Of a stretch of 64,000 bases of DNA, positions 9,830 to 20,440 are shown in pieces. The first letter of the stretch is position 1, and every line of letters starts with the position of its first letter. The notes beneath the pieces were generated by a model. The model was given only the letters and a program-made list of their open reading frames with translations. It was not told the origin of the DNA and made no database searches. Location of the stretch: the NCBI GenBank assembly GCA_963787125.1, contig CAWBBV010000007.1, forward strand, positions 192,001-256,000, read 5' to 3'. The translations under genes were made by a program, and so were the position numbers. This DNA comes from an uncultured delta proteobacterium (GTDB lineage Bacteria > Desulfobacterota > Desulfuromonadia > Geobacterales > DSM-12255).

Positions 9830-10408
9830 ATGAGTAAGTCAGTAAAAGGGACAAAGACAGAGCAGAATCTGCTGAAATCGTTTGCCGGAGAGAGTCAGGC
9901 CCGCAATCGCTACACCTTTTTTGCCGGGGTTGCCAAAAAGGAGGGGTATGTCCAGATTGCCGACATTTTCGAAGAGACTGCAAATCAAGAGAAAGAGCAC
10001 GCCAAGCGATTTTTCAAGTTTCTTGAAGGTGGCGATCTGGAGATAACTGCGTGCTTCCCTGCCGGTATTATCGGCACTACCGCCCAGAATCTTCTCGCTT
10101 CAGCCAATGGCGAGCATGAAGAACATAGCGAGCTTTATCCGTCATTTGCTGCAATTGCAAAAGAGGAGGGCTTTCCGGGTATCGCAGCCGCATGGAACGC
10201 AATTTCAGTAGCCGAGAAGCAGCATGAGAAGCGCTATCGTGACCTGTATGAAAACATCGGGGCAGAGCGTGTTTTCAAGCGTGACCAGCCGGAAGTCTGG
10301 CGCTGCCGTAACTGTGGCTATCTGCACGCAGGCAGTGAGGCTCCTGATCTCTGTGCCGCCTGTCTCCATCCCAAGGCTCACTTCGAGCTTCTTGGCGAAA
10401 ACTGGTAA
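9830..10408 (+). CDS. rbr: Rubrerythrin
   Basis: FAGESQARNRY, EKEHAKR, EKQHEKR, C-terminal CRNC/CAAC rubredoxin-like site. Confidence 0.95.
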   Translation: MSKSVKGTKTEQNLLKSFAGESQARNRYTFFAGVAKKEGYVQIADIFEETANQEKEHAKRFFKFLEGGDLEITACFPAGIIGTTAQNLLASANGEHEEHSELYPSFAAIAKEEGFPGIAAAWNAISVAEKQHEKRYRDLYENIGAERVFKRDQPEVWRCRNCGYLHAGSEAPDLCAACLHPKAHFELLGENW

Positions 10409-10426
10409 GAACTACAGAGAGGTCAA

Positions 10427-12946
10427 TTGAACTGGGACAGTTTGAAAGTGAAGATTATCCTGTTGGTATCTCTGCCGCTCCTGGCGACAGCAGGGGCTAT
10501 TTTTGTTCTGTCTCTTTTCAGGACCCTTCACAATCATTTCACTATTTTCTCAGCGCTGGTTTTATTCGGTTCAATTTTTACCGCCGGCTCTGCCTGGTGT
10601 CTCACGAAGCTGATCGATGAGCGGCAGAAAGAGCAGGCGCAGCAGCTCGGATTCCTGCAAATACTTATCGATACCATTCCTAACCCCATTTATTACAAGG
10701 ATTCCGCAGGGCTCTATCTCGGTTGTAACCGGGCATTTGAAAATGCTACCGGCGCTGCCAGAAAAGATGTGATTGGTAAGCAGGCACACGATTTCTTTGT
10801 TCAGGAGCTTGCAGATATCTACTGCCGTGGAGATGAAGAGCTGTTAGCTCGAGGTGGCGAACAGCTCTTCGGCAGCGTTGCCCCGTATGCTGATGGAACT
10901 CTCCGTAATGTAATCTTTCATAAAGCAACTTTTGCCGCGGTGGATGGAGCACTTGGTGGCCTTGTCGGTATCTATATGGATGTTACCGAACAGAAGCGTG
11001 CTCAGGATGCTCTTGCCATGGAGAAAAACTTCACTGTCAGCCTTCTTCAGGGTTCTGCCACAGCTACCTTCGTTATTGACTGTGACCATAATCTGCTTTT
11101 TTGGAATCGGGCCTGTGAGGCGTTGACGGGGATTGCAGCTGAAGATCTTGTCGGGACAGACAGGCACTGGAGTGCATTTTATCATGAGAAAACACCGTGC
11201 CTTGCCGATCTACTGATGGATCGGGTAATCCCCTTCGAGACAAAGGAGTTCAGTCGCTCAGATATAATAAGTGAAGGGGTTCAAGGGGAGAAGTGGGTGA
11301 CAGTTGCCGGCAGGAAACGGTATCTTTTTTTCAATGCCGCGCCGGTTCTGAATGACAAGGGGGAAGTGGTTGCTGCTGTTGAGACTCTGGAGGATATCAC
11401 GGAACGGAAACTCCTGGAAGAGGAGTTGGTGAAGCTGACCTACGCAGTTACCCAGAGTCCGATCGGAATCATAATTACTGACAATAACGGTGTTATCGAG
11501 TATGTGAACCCGCGCTTTACCGAGATAAGTGGTTATCAACTGGCAGATGTTCAGGGTGAGCAATCATCCATGTTCAAATGGGTGGACGCGTCTGCAAAGA
11601 CCTATCGCGAGCTGATAAAAACTATTCGTGACGGCGGGGAATGGCGGGGGAGGTTTCATAACAGGAAGAAAAACGGCGAACTTTACTGGGAAGACGCTCT
11701 TATCGCGCCGATAAAAAATTCAGCAGGGGAAATAACCCACTTTATTGCGATGAAGGAAGATATCACTGAACGGGTGAGACTTGAAGAGCAGCTCCAGTAC
11801 TCCCAGAAAATGGATTCAATCGGTCGCATGGCTGGAGGTCTGGCTCACGATTTCAATAACATCCTGACGGCTATAGCCGGCTATGTCGGGATAATGGAGT
11901 TCTATACTGCCGAAGATTCGCCGTTGACATCATCTCTAACGCAGATAAGAAACTCGGTGGACAGGGCTGCAACACTGGTCCAGGGTCTGCTCGACTTCAG
12001 CCGCAGGCAGCGGACAAATCCTCTGGCGGTAAACCTTAACGACATTGTCATCAGAGTCGGCAAGCTTCTCTCCAGTCTTATTGGTGAAGATATAACTCTG
12101 CATAACTTCCTGAGTGAAGCCCCCCTTGAGATCCTGGCAGACACCGTCCAGATCGAGCAGCTAATCATGCATCTGGTGAATAATGCCCGTGATGCCATGC
12201 CAAATGGCGGGGAACTTTGGATAGGAACCAGGCGCGCGACCCTGGATAACGATTTTGTCAGGCGTTATGGCTACGGCAGTGTGGGTGATTATGCCCTTTT
12301 GACCTTGACTGACAATGGTGTCGGCATGGACGCCGCAACTCTGGAAAATATTTATGAACCTTTTTTCAGTACCAAGGGCGTCGGCAAAGGGAGTGGCCTG
12401 GGGCTTTCAGTTGTCTACGGATGCGTCAAACAGCACAAGGGGTTTCTTACCTGCTATAGTGAGCCCGGCAAGGGGACGCAGTTTAATATCTATCTGCCAC
12501 TGCTTCAGGATGATAGCGAGTACGAAGCAGACGAGCCGAAGCCAGCTGCGAAGTTATCGACAAGTGGGCAGCTTAGGGGAGATGAAACTCTTTTGCTTGT
12601 AGAGGACGATGAAGAGGTTCTGGGAATTATAAAGAGCCTGCTGGAAGAGTTCGGCTATACTGTTATGGTGGCAAAAAACGGCAACAAGGCAGTTGAGCTT
12701 TTCAAGGAGAACGCCCGGACGATAAGCCTGGTAATCCTTGACGCAATTATGCCGCAAAAGAGCGGCTGGGAGACTTTTCTGGAGATAAAAGCAGAAGCCC
12801 CTTGGGTAAAGGCCCTTTTTATCAGTGGCTATACCAGAGAGGCGCTGATTGATAAAGGGATGCTGGAAGATAGCTCCACTTTTCTGCCTAAACCGCTTGC
12901 GCCACTCGATCTTCTCAGGACAGTCAAAGAGGTTATAACGCGATGA
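10427..12946 (+). CDS. Membrane multi-PAS hybrid histidine kinase
   Basis: Two N-terminal TMs, three PAS/PAC regions, [16 protein letters not shown], receiver domain. Confidence 0.9.
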   Translation: MNWDSLKVKIILLVSLPLLATAGAIFVLSLFRTLHNHFTIFSALVLFGSIFTAGSAWCLTKLIDERQKEQAQQLGFLQILIDTIPNPIYYKDSAGLYLGCNRAFENATGAARKDVIGKQAHDFFVQELADIYCRGDEELLARGGEQLFGSVAPYADGTLRNVIFHKATFAAVDGALGGLVGIYMDVTEQKRAQDALAMEKNFTVSLLQGSATATFVIDCDHNLLFWNRACEALTGIAAEDLVGTDRHWSAFYHEKTPCLADLLMDRVIPFETKEFSRSDIISEGVQGEKWVTVAGRKRYLFFNAAPVLNDKGEVVAAVETLEDITERKLLEEELVKLTYAVTQSPIGIIITDNNGVIEYVNPRFTEISGYQLADVQGEQSSMFKWVDASAKTYRELIKTIRDGGEWRGRFHNRKKNGELYWEDALIAPIKNSAGEITHFIAMKEDITERVRLEEQLQYSQKMDSIGRMAGGLAHDFNNILTAIAGYVGIMEFYTAEDSPLTSSLTQIRNSVDRAATLVQGLLDFSRRQRTNPLAVNLNDIVIRVGKLLSSLIGEDITLHNFLSEAPLEILADTVQIEQLIMHLVNNARDAMPNGGELWIGTRRATLDNDFVRRYGYGSVGDYALLTLTDNGVGMDAATLENIYEPFFSTKGVGKGSGLGLSVVYGCVKQHKGFLTCYSEPGKGTQFNIYLPLLQDDSEYEADEPKPAAKLSTSGQLRGDETLLLVEDDEEVLGIIKSLLEEFGYTVMVAKNGNKAVELFKENARTISLVILDAIMPQKSGWETFLEIKAEAPWVKALFISGYTREALIDKGMLEDSSTFLPKPLAPLDLLRTVKEVITR

Positions 12947-14013
12947 AAAATGAGAACGGAAAGATTGTTTTGGTAGATGACGACCAGTATGTCCTTGACA
13001 GCACCTCTACACTGCTCCGTATCTCCGGATTTGACGTGACCGCGGTAGATTCAGGAGAAAAGGCTCTGGCGGCGCTTATGGCAGAGAAGTTTGACCTGGT
13101 TCTTACTGATGTCAATATGCCGGCGATGACCGGAATAGAGCTGCTCCGACAGATTCATGCAAGAGATGAAGAGTTGCCGGTCATCCTCATGACAGCTTAT
13201 GCAGAACTTAATATAGCTGTCTCAGCTGTGAAAGAGGGGGCTTTTGATTTTATAATCAAGCCCTATTCACCCGCCCATCTTATCCATGCCGTTGAAAAGG
13301 GGATTCGCTTCGGCAACCTGAAACAACTTGAAAATAACTACAAAAGTGAACTTGAGATGACCGTTGCCAAGAGAACAGCAGAACTGGCGGCGGCCCTCAC
13401 GCAGCTACGCGGTTTGAGCGAAGAGACAATCGTCAGGCTTACCAATGCTGCTGAACTTCGTGACGAAGATACGGGCAAGCATATTTCCCGAATAGGGATT
13501 TATGCCGGGCGACTGGCTGAGGCTGTGGGTGCTGCTCCGGAATTTGTGACCATGATTCGCATTGCCAGCGCCATGCATGATGTTGGTAAAATCGGTATTC
13601 CTGATTCAGTATTGCTTAAAGAAGGCCCGCTGACAGCAGATGAGTTTATGTTGATGAAAACACATACTGAAGTGGGAGAGAAGATCCTTGCAGGGTCAAG
13701 CTTCCCGATGCTGCAGATGGCCGCATCAATAGCCATAACACACCATGAACGCTGGGATGGCACCGGTTATCCACGAGGGATTAAAGGCGCAGAAACACCG
13801 CTTGAAGGGCGGATCGTCATGCTGGTTGATCAGTATGATGCGTTGCGGAGCAAAAGGGTCTATAAGCCGGCATTCAGTCATGAAAAAACCTGCTCAATAA
13901 TTCTGGACGGGGATGGCCGCACAATGCCGGCTCACTTTGACCCGGAGATATACGAAGCGTTCAGGCGTGTAACAGCAGATTTTGAAGAGATCTATGCAGC
14001 CAACAGTGATTGA
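12943..14013 (+). CDS. Response regulator with HD-GYP cyclic-dinucleotide phosphodiesterase domain
   Basis: REC (VDDD, DVNMP), [19 protein letters not shown]. Confidence 0.9.
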   Translation: MKNENGKIVLVDDDQYVLDSTSTLLRISGFDVTAVDSGEKALAALMAEKFDLVLTDVNMPAMTGIELLRQIHARDEELPVILMTAYAELNIAVSAVKEGAFDFIIKPYSPAHLIHAVEKGIRFGNLKQLENNYKSELEMTVAKRTAELAAALTQLRGLSEETIVRLTNAAELRDEDTGKHISRIGIYAGRLAEAVGAAPEFVTMIRIASAMHDVGKIGIPDSVLLKEGPLTADEFMLMKTHTEVGEKILAGSSFPMLQMAASIAITHHERWDGTGYPRGIKGAETPLEGRIVMLVDQYDALRSKRVYKPAFSHEKTCSIILDGDGRTMPAHFDPEIYEAFRRVTADFEEIYAANSD

Positions 14014-14083
14014 ACTCACTTGGCCTGTTTATCAGGGCTATGGAGATGATAGCGGCTAAATATGTTTTGACAGGAGGGCGAAA

Positions 14084-14758
14084 GTGATGATGAGAATTTT
14101 GTCGGTTTTTGTGGTTTTTCTGGCGCTGACGAATTTTGCGGCGGCGGGCTCGGTCGATGATACGTTTAACCAGGTGAACAAGCATCTCTATGGCATCGGG
14201 GAAGATGTGCGCGAAGCGAGCCCTGCGCAGCAGGATGAACCCGTGCCTCCTCCTGAGCCGAAAACCAGGGTAAAGAAACGCTCTGCACCACCTGCTGAAG
14301 AGCAGGCACCGGAACAAGACTCTGGTTTTTCAGCCGGAAACGGTGTGGATGACGACCATTTTATTCAGAGTGATGACTATTTTGTGCAAAAGCACGATCT
14401 TAGCGGTCACGCCTGGATATGGGTGGAGCTTGCCAAGGTTGTTACCCCTCCCGGCGCTGATACCAAAGGGGAAGGGGAGTTTATGAAGGTGCGGGACGGC
14501 GAGAATTACTGGACAAAGTACTACTGGCGAACTCGCATCGCTGACCGGTCCGAACTGAAACTGGGTATGCATGTAATCGCGTTTAATGATAACCATCGCG
14601 GTGATATTTACCAGGCTCCGGAAAAAAAGGATCGTGCCAGAGGTGGTGGCTGGTTTTACGCTAAAATCACGGACATGTCTGATCTTTATAAAGGGTATGT
14701 AACTGTTTCAGGAAATTACAAGGTCGGCCTGGGGAATTTGCGGGTAATCAGGCGCTGA
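14084..14758 (+). CDS. Exported hypothetical protein
   Basis: Signal peptide, Pro/Glu-rich linker, globular C-terminus; good RBS. Confidence 0.7.
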   Translation: MMMRILSVFVVFLALTNFAAAGSVDDTFNQVNKHLYGIGEDVREASPAQQDEPVPPPEPKTRVKKRSAPPAEEQAPEQDSGFSAGNGVDDDHFIQSDDYFVQKHDLSGHAWIWVELAKVVTPPGADTKGEGEFMKVRDGENYWTKYYWRTRIADRSELKLGMHVIAFNDNHRGDIYQAPEKKDRARGGGWFYAKITDMSDLYKGYVTVSGNYKVGLGNLRVIRR

Positions 14759-14787
14759 TAGTAGTTGGCTGAGCAGCTGCTGGTTGA

Positions 14788-14822
14788 CCCCCCCGGGAAC
14801 TTGTTTTTCCCGGGGGATTTTT
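14788..14822 (+). terminator. Intrinsic terminator
   Basis: cccccgggaa...ttcccggggg then attttt. Confidence 0.65.
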
Positions 14823-14947
14823 ATGTACACTGGCATGTATCCTGGTTGTCAGGGTCGGGACTGTTTGCCAGGCGACAATACCAGTAAGTTTTTTCAGCTT
14901 GGATTTAATCGGAGCATAGGGTAGTTTAACGCAATCAGAAATATGGA

Positions 14948-15343
14948 GTGTTCATGAACCGTTTTATAAATGTAAACCTTGTGATTGCAGTACAGCTGAC
15001 TACCCCGGCTGAAAACCCTCTGGTTACCGATAGCAGCCGGATGATGGATGTCTGGTTTGGCGGTGCTACCGTCAGGAAGCAGCTTTTCAAGAAGGTGACC
15101 AAAGGTGAGCAGGAATTTATGACAGAGACTCTGAAGACCAGAGACTTCATCCAGTCCGGTAATCTCCTGATTGACCCGGCAGCAGTTCTTTTTGCAGAGA
15201 TGGAGAATCAATTCTTAGGGGGCTTCGTTACCATAGGTTATCAGGAAAACGGAAAACCGGTCGAACTTAAACTCGGCGGTAAGGCTTTCAATGAGCTCTG
15301 CGCCAGACTTTCCACTCTTCCAGGTGGCGGCGCTCTAGGATGA
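14948..15343 (+). CDS. Hypothetical protein
   Basis: ORF with RBS (ggag) and normal composition. Confidence 0.6.
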   Translation: MFMNRFINVNLVIAVQLTTPAENPLVTDSSRMMDVWFGGATVRKQLFKKVTKGEQEFMTETLKTRDFIQSGNLLIDPAAVLFAEMENQFLGGFVTIGYQENGKPVELKLGGKAFNELCARLSTLPGGGALG

Positions 15344-15391
15344 TTGAATTAATTTTGTTTGCTGCGATTTGTCAGTGACAGGGAGAAACAG

Positions 15392-16048
15392 GTGAAACCA
15401 GCAATGCTGACAAACGGGGAAACCCTCGCAATCGGTAAAATACTCTGCATTGGCAGAAACTACGTCGATCATATAAAAGAGCTGGGGAATGAAGTGTCCG
15501 GGACCCCGGTCATTTTCATGAAGCCGGCAAGTTCTGTAATAGACGATGGTGAAGAGGTCATAATCCCTTCATATTCTGCCAACTGCCATCATGAAGCCGA
15601 ACTTGCGCTGCTGGTCGGTAAAAAATGCAAAAACATTCCGGAAGCTGATGCGCTCTCATGTCTTAGCGGCTATGGAGTCGCCATTGACCTGACGCTAAGG
15701 GATGTTCAGGATGAGCTCAAGAAAAAAGGGCTGCCGTGGGATATTGCCAAAGGTTTTGACACGGCCTGTCCATTATCGGTTTTCGTGCCCGCTGCAAGGA
15801 TTCAGGACCCACAGAGCCTGACTATCACCATGACAGTCAACGGAGAGCTGCGGCAGAACGGCAGTACCGGGCTCATGATTCATACCGCGGCCAAAATCAT
15901 TAGCCACCTGTCGACAATTTTCACTCTTGAACCAGGGGATATAATACTGACAGGAACACCGGCTGGCGTAGGCCGAGTAGTGGCGGGTGACAGGTTATCT
16001 GCTGAAATAGGCGGGGTCGGCAAGGTAACGGTTTCTGTCGCTAATTAG
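15392..16048 (+). CDS. Fumarylacetoacetate hydrolase family protein
   Basis: CIGRNYVDH, HHEAEL, DLTLRD, KGFDT, GDIILTGTPAGVG; GTG start after gggag. Confidence 0.9.
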   Translation: MKPAMLTNGETLAIGKILCIGRNYVDHIKELGNEVSGTPVIFMKPASSVIDDGEEVIIPSYSANCHHEAELALLVGKKCKNIPEADALSCLSGYGVAIDLTLRDVQDELKKKGLPWDIAKGFDTACPLSVFVPAARIQDPQSLTITMTVNGELRQNGSTGLMIHTAAKIISHLSTIFTLEPGDIILTGTPAGVGRVVAGDRLSAEIGGVGKVTVSVAN

Positions 16049-16057
16049 TCAACGTCC

Positions 16058-16777
16058 TTAGTAGTTTCCGCCGGTCAGCACTGCTGTCACACTCCCGACT
16101 GTTACCTTGGTTTGCGCTTTGACCGGGATCCTCCTGGCGTCATCAGTCAACCAGATATACGCCCCCCGCTTCCCTTCGAAAACACCTTCCGCTTTGACCA
16201 TAGGCTCCAAAACTATCGTGTCAAACTCCCCTGCAGGCACTTTTATCCGCTCTCTTCTCAGTACGCGGATTTCGATTCGGTGTAGCTGCTTACTGTCCAG
16301 AATATTAATATAGAGCGACTTTCCAGGCTCCAGAGTCTGGTAGCGGACATAATAGAAGCTTGAATAAATATCAAAGGTTTCTGTTTCAAGCGGGATGAAG
16401 AGATGCTCGCCGTTTTTCTTGTCAAAAAAATGGGCGGTCTTCTCCGTAGGGTTGAAGCTAATCTCCCGATTCCTGACACGAGACCCCTCCTTGAAAAGCA
16501 TCTTGAAGTTTCTGGTCGTTCCGGGGAACTCTCCCTGTTTTTCTAGAATGCTCTCAGTTCGGTCATCAACTGGAAAGAATGTGGAAAGCCAGTCGTTGGA
16601 TCTGGCGGTTGAGAGAATCTTCCGGACCTCACCTTCGTCAACTATTTCCTGCGTCGCAACGCCGACAGGAATACCTGTCCAACTGAGGCTGTAGATGAGT
16701 TTTTCAGGTATCTTAGGCTCGGCGAAGGAGGGGGTAGCTGCGAGAAGAATTATGAGGAGCGGGAAGATTAGTTTCAT
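16058..16777 (-). CDS. DUF3108-like exported protein
   Basis: Signal peptide; E.I.VPAGEFDT and IWLTDDARRIPVK motifs. Confidence 0.8.
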   Translation of the reverse strand: MKLIFPLLIILLAATPSFAEPKIPEKLIYSLSWTGIPVGVATQEIVDEGEVRKILSTARSNDWLSTFFPVDDRTESILEKQGEFPGTTRNFKMLFKEGSRVRNREISFNPTEKTAHFFDKKNGEHLFIPLETETFDIYSSFYYVRYQTLEPGKSLYINILDSKQLHRIEIRVLRRERIKVPAGEFDTIVLEPMVKAEGVFEGKRGAYIWLTDDARRIPVKAQTKVTVGSVTAVLTGGNY

Positions 16778-16815
16778 ATAGTCAGACAATAGTAGTCAGG
16801 AGTCAGTCTTCAGCT

Positions 16816-16979
16816 AGGAGACTGTCGGAATTAGAATAAATCTGCTGCAAATCCGTCTGAACGGTCCATATTTATCCGCTTTCTTGGTCAATAGGACGAC
16901 TATTGACCTGCAAAATCGACTAAATCTGTCCTCGTCCAGCCGAATTTTCGCTTTTATTTCCTAAGTCCGACAGACTCCT
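16816..16979. mobile_element. MITE-like element with ~19-bp terminal inverted repeats
   Basis: Left aggagactgtcggaattag vs reverse complement of right aggagtctgtcggacttag (17/19); no ORF. Confidence 0.65.
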
Positions 16980-17010
16980 GAAAAGCTTTATTCTGACTCC
17001 TGAATGCCGG

Positions 17011-19296
17011 CTACTGTTTTGCCTCCTGCTTTTTCTCCTGAGTCGAATATTCACAACCTTCTTTCGGACATTTCAAGAACTCACCTGTCCGTTTGTAAAC
17101 CTTTTTCACCAGGAGTGGAAAGCCGCATTGCGGGCAGGGCTGTTCGATCGGCAGATCCCAGAGAGCAAACTTGCACTGCGGATAGCGGTTGCAGGAGTAG
17201 AACATTTTGCCGTAGCGGGATTTCTTTTCGATCAGCTCGCCTTCCTTGCATTCAGGGCAGACTACGCCTGTCCCTTTTGGCTTGTTAAGCGGTTGAATGT
17301 TCTTGCAGGCAGGATAGCCGGAACATGCGAGGTATTTGCCGTAGCGACCATCTTTTATCAACATCGGTTGGTCGCACTTTTCACATTTCTCTTCCGACAG
17401 TACCGGTTCGGCAACTTCGCTGCCATCCTGCACAAGCGGCCGGGTGTAGCGACAGCCTTCCCGATAACCACTACAGGCAATGAATTTGCCCCGCTTACCG
17501 AGTTTGACGGCAAGTTGTTGCCCACACTCGGGACAGTTTTCGGCCAGTGCCTCGGTTGTCAGCTCTTCTTTGCTGACTTCCCCTTCCTTTTGCTTCAAGA
17601 GTGCCGCAAAAGGGGTCCAGAACTCCTCTACCAACGGTTTCCACTGCTTCTCCCCCCGGGAGATCTGATCAAGCTCTTCTTCGAGTCCGGCAGTGAAGTT
17701 GTAATCAACGTATCTGGTAAAGTGAGTTGTCAAAAGATCACTCACAATCATACCGATATCTTCCGGGAAGAAACGTTTCTTGTCGAGACGGCAGTATTTG
17801 CGTTCAACCAGGGTGTTCATGGTGCTGGCATAGGTTGACGGTCTGCCGATGCCGTACTCTTCGAGAGTTTTGACCAGTGTTGCCTCAGTATAGCGTGGCG
17901 GTGGCTGAGTGAAATGCTGTTCCGGCAGAAGTTCCTGCAGCGGCAACTGATCCCCCTCTGTCAGCGGCGGCAAGGTGCCTTCACGTTCTTCTGTTTCATC
18001 ATCAATCCCCTCAGTGTAGAGCTTCATAAAGCCGGCAAAGCGAACAACGGTGCCAGCGGCACGGAAGGTGTATCCTTTGCCCGCAGAGATATCAACCGAA
18101 GTCTGATCCAGCAGCGCCTCTGCCATTTGACAGGCAACGGTTCTCTTCCAGATAAGATCATAAAGCTTGAACAGGTCAGGGGAGAGATATTTTTTCAATT
18201 CAAGCGGAGTCTTGGAAATGTAGGTCGGCCTGACCGCTTCGTGAGCCTCCTGGGCATTTTTGGATTTATTTTTGTAAAATCGCGGCTTTGCCAAAGCATA
18301 ATCTTTGCCGTAAAGAGAGGTTATCACCTCTTTCGCCTCATCCAGCGCTTGATTGGAGAGGGCAACACTGTCAGTACGCATATAGGTGATAAGACCGACA
18401 GTCCCTTCGCCGACATCAATCCCCTCGTAAAGTTTCTGGGCAGTTGACATGGTTTTCTTAGCAGAATAGCCGAGCTTTCTGGAAGCCTCCTGCTGGAGCG
18501 TCGAGGTAGTGAATGGCGGGGAGGGCTGCCGCTTGCGCTCGCTCTTTGTTACTTTATCGACCCTGTAAGCTGCTGGTGCAAGGGTTGCAACAAGCCCGTC
18601 AGCAGCCGCTTTGTCCGGAATGTCAAACTTGGCCAGCTTCTTTCCCGCCGCTTCGATGAGATTTGCCTTGAACGGCTGTTCGCCTTTACCGGAAAGTTTC
18701 GCTCCGATGGTCCAATACTCCTGTTCGATGAACGCCAGAATCTCCTTTTCCCGTTCACAGACAAGCCGCAAAGCCACCGACTGCACCCGCCCGGCAGAAA
18801 GCCCGTAACGGATTTTTTTCCAGAGAAAGGGAGATAGATTAAAACCTACCAGATAGTCCAGAACTGACCTGGCTTGTTGGGCATCAACCAGATCGATGGC
18901 AATGTCGCGCGGGTTTTCTACCGCTTCTATGATCGCCCCTTTGGTGATTTCGTGGAATACTACCCGCTTGATCGGAATGGTGCTCTTTTTGCCGGTCAGT
19001 CCCAGCGCTGCCAGAAGATGCCAGGAAATCGCCTCACCCTCCCGGTCGGGGTCAGTTGCAAGGAGAAGAGTGTCGGCGTCTTTCAGCGCTTTTTTGATGG
19101 CGTCGAGATGTTTTTTGCTTTCCGGCAGGACAGCATATTTCGGTTCAAATCCGTTTTCGATATCGACCGAACCCTGCTTGCTCGGCAGTGCCCGAACATG
19201 CCCGAAAGAAGCGAGGACCTGATAACCCGGCCCCAGGAATTTCTCAATGGTTTTCGCCTTTGCCGGCGACTCGACGATGACAAGTTTGTTTGACAT
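17011..19296 (-). CDS. topA: DNA topoisomerase I
   Basis: LVIVESPAKAKTI, ATDPDREGEAI, LITYMRTDS, C-terminal zinc ribbons. Confidence 0.97.
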   Translation of the reverse strand: MSNKLVIVESPAKAKTIEKFLGPGYQVLASFGHVRALPSKQGSVDIENGFEPKYAVLPESKKHLDAIKKALKDADTLLLATDPDREGEAISWHLLAALGLTGKKSTIPIKRVVFHEITKGAIIEAVENPRDIAIDLVDAQQARSVLDYLVGFNLSPFLWKKIRYGLSAGRVQSVALRLVCEREKEILAFIEQEYWTIGAKLSGKGEQPFKANLIEAAGKKLAKFDIPDKAAADGLVATLAPAAYRVDKVTKSERKRQPSPPFTTSTLQQEASRKLGYSAKKTMSTAQKLYEGIDVGEGTVGLITYMRTDSVALSNQALDEAKEVITSLYGKDYALAKPRFYKNKSKNAQEAHEAVRPTYISKTPLELKKYLSPDLFKLYDLIWKRTVACQMAEALLDQTSVDISAGKGYTFRAAGTVVRFAGFMKLYTEGIDDETEEREGTLPPLTEGDQLPLQELLPEQHFTQPPPRYTEATLVKTLEEYGIGRPSTYASTMNTLVERKYCRLDKKRFFPEDIGMIVSDLLTTHFTRYVDYNFTAGLEEELDQISRGEKQWKPLVEEFWTPFAALLKQKEGEVSKEELTTEALAENCPECGQQLAVKLGKRGKFIACSGYREGCRYTRPLVQDGSEVAEPVLSEEKCEKCDQPMLIKDGRYGKYLACSGYPACKNIQPLNKPKGTGVVCPECKEGELIEKKSRYGKMFYSCNRYPQCKFALWDLPIEQPCPQCGFPLLVKKVYKRTGEFLKCPKEGCEYSTQEKKQEAKQ

Positions 19297-19333
19297 ATGT
19301 ACCTGTTATTATAGTTTTATTTTAATAATGCGT

Positions 19334-20419
19334 TCATGATAGTGAAAACAACTTCCCCGGAATCTGCATAACAGCGCCTTGCAGCTCAAGGCGAAGGAGC
19401 ATAACGGAAACAGCTGCGACTGTCAATCCGCTCCGGACGGTCAGCTCATCGATATGCAGAGGTTTATCGGCTAGTAATCGACACATCTGCTCTTCATCAG
19501 CACTGAAACTGAACCCCTGATTTTGAGCCCACAGGGGAAGATTAACGCTCTCCGGCGGGAGTTCTCCCATAATATCGGCGACGGTTTCAACAAGTTTCGC
19601 CCCCTGTTTTATGAGGCTATTCGTGCCACGGCTTGCCCGGAAGTTAATGTTCCCGGGGACAGCAAAGACCTCCCGTCCCTGTTCCAGGGCGAATCGGGCA
19701 GTTATGAGCGAACCGCTCTTTTCTGCGGCTTCAACAACAAGCACTCCTCTCGACATGCCGCTGATAATTCTGTTGCGCCGGGGAAAGTTGCTGGCATCCG
19801 GCTGGGTGCCGGGGGGGAATTCGCTGACAATGGCAGCTTTTTCCTCCATCTGCCGGTAAAGCTGCCGGTTCTCGGCAGGATAAACGAGATCAATGCCGCA
19901 GCCAAGCACCCCGACAGTGGCGCCGGACACCTGCAGCGCGCCTTTATGTGCGGCAGCATCAACCCCCATTGCCAGGCCTGAAACAATTGTTACCCCTTGT
20001 TCGGCCAGCTCACGAGCAAATTTTGCGGTAACAGACAGGCCGTAATCCGATGCCCGGCGGGAGCCGACAATAGCAATCGCTGTTTTTGCAGCCGGGAGCT
20101 TGCCTTTCAGGTAAAGGTATGGAGGCGGATCGGAAATCTCTTTTAGCAGCACGGGGTAGTCGTCATCAAGCAGCGTCACCAGTTTTGCACCGCTTTTGTT
20201 AAGAGCAGCGGCGGCGAGCTCTGCTTCCCGGCTGTAATCATGATTGATTAGCGAGAGTGCGGCCGAGGAATTTACCCCTTTAATACGGGATATCTCGTCA
20301 AGCGATGCCGCCAAAGCTTTGGCCGGTGAACCGAAATGTTCAATCAGACGTCGATAGGTTACATTCCCCACCAGCGGCACTGAGCGCAGCGCAAACCAGT
20401 AAAAAGGATCATCAGTCAT
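19334..20419 (-). CDS. dprA: DNA-processing protein DprA
   Basis: AIVGSR, VSGLAMGVD, FPRRNRIISG, SGSLITA; adjacent to topA. Confidence 0.95.
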   Translation of the reverse strand: MTDDPFYWFALRSVPLVGNVTYRRLIEHFGSPAKALAASLDEISRIKGVNSSAALSLINHDYSREAELAAAALNKSGAKLVTLLDDDYPVLLKEISDPPPYLYLKGKLPAAKTAIAIVGSRRASDYGLSVTAKFARELAEQGVTIVSGLAMGVDAAAHKGALQVSGATVGVLGCGIDLVYPAENRQLYRQMEEKAAIVSEFPPGTQPDASNFPRRNRIISGMSRGVLVVEAAEKSGSLITARFALEQGREVFAVPGNINFRASRGTNSLIKQGAKLVETVADIMGELPPESVNLPLWAQNQGFSFSADEEQMCRLLADKPLHIDELTVRSGLTVAAVSVMLLRLELQGAVMQIPGKLFSLS

Positions 20420-20440
20420 TTATCGTTATAGCCAAAAATA

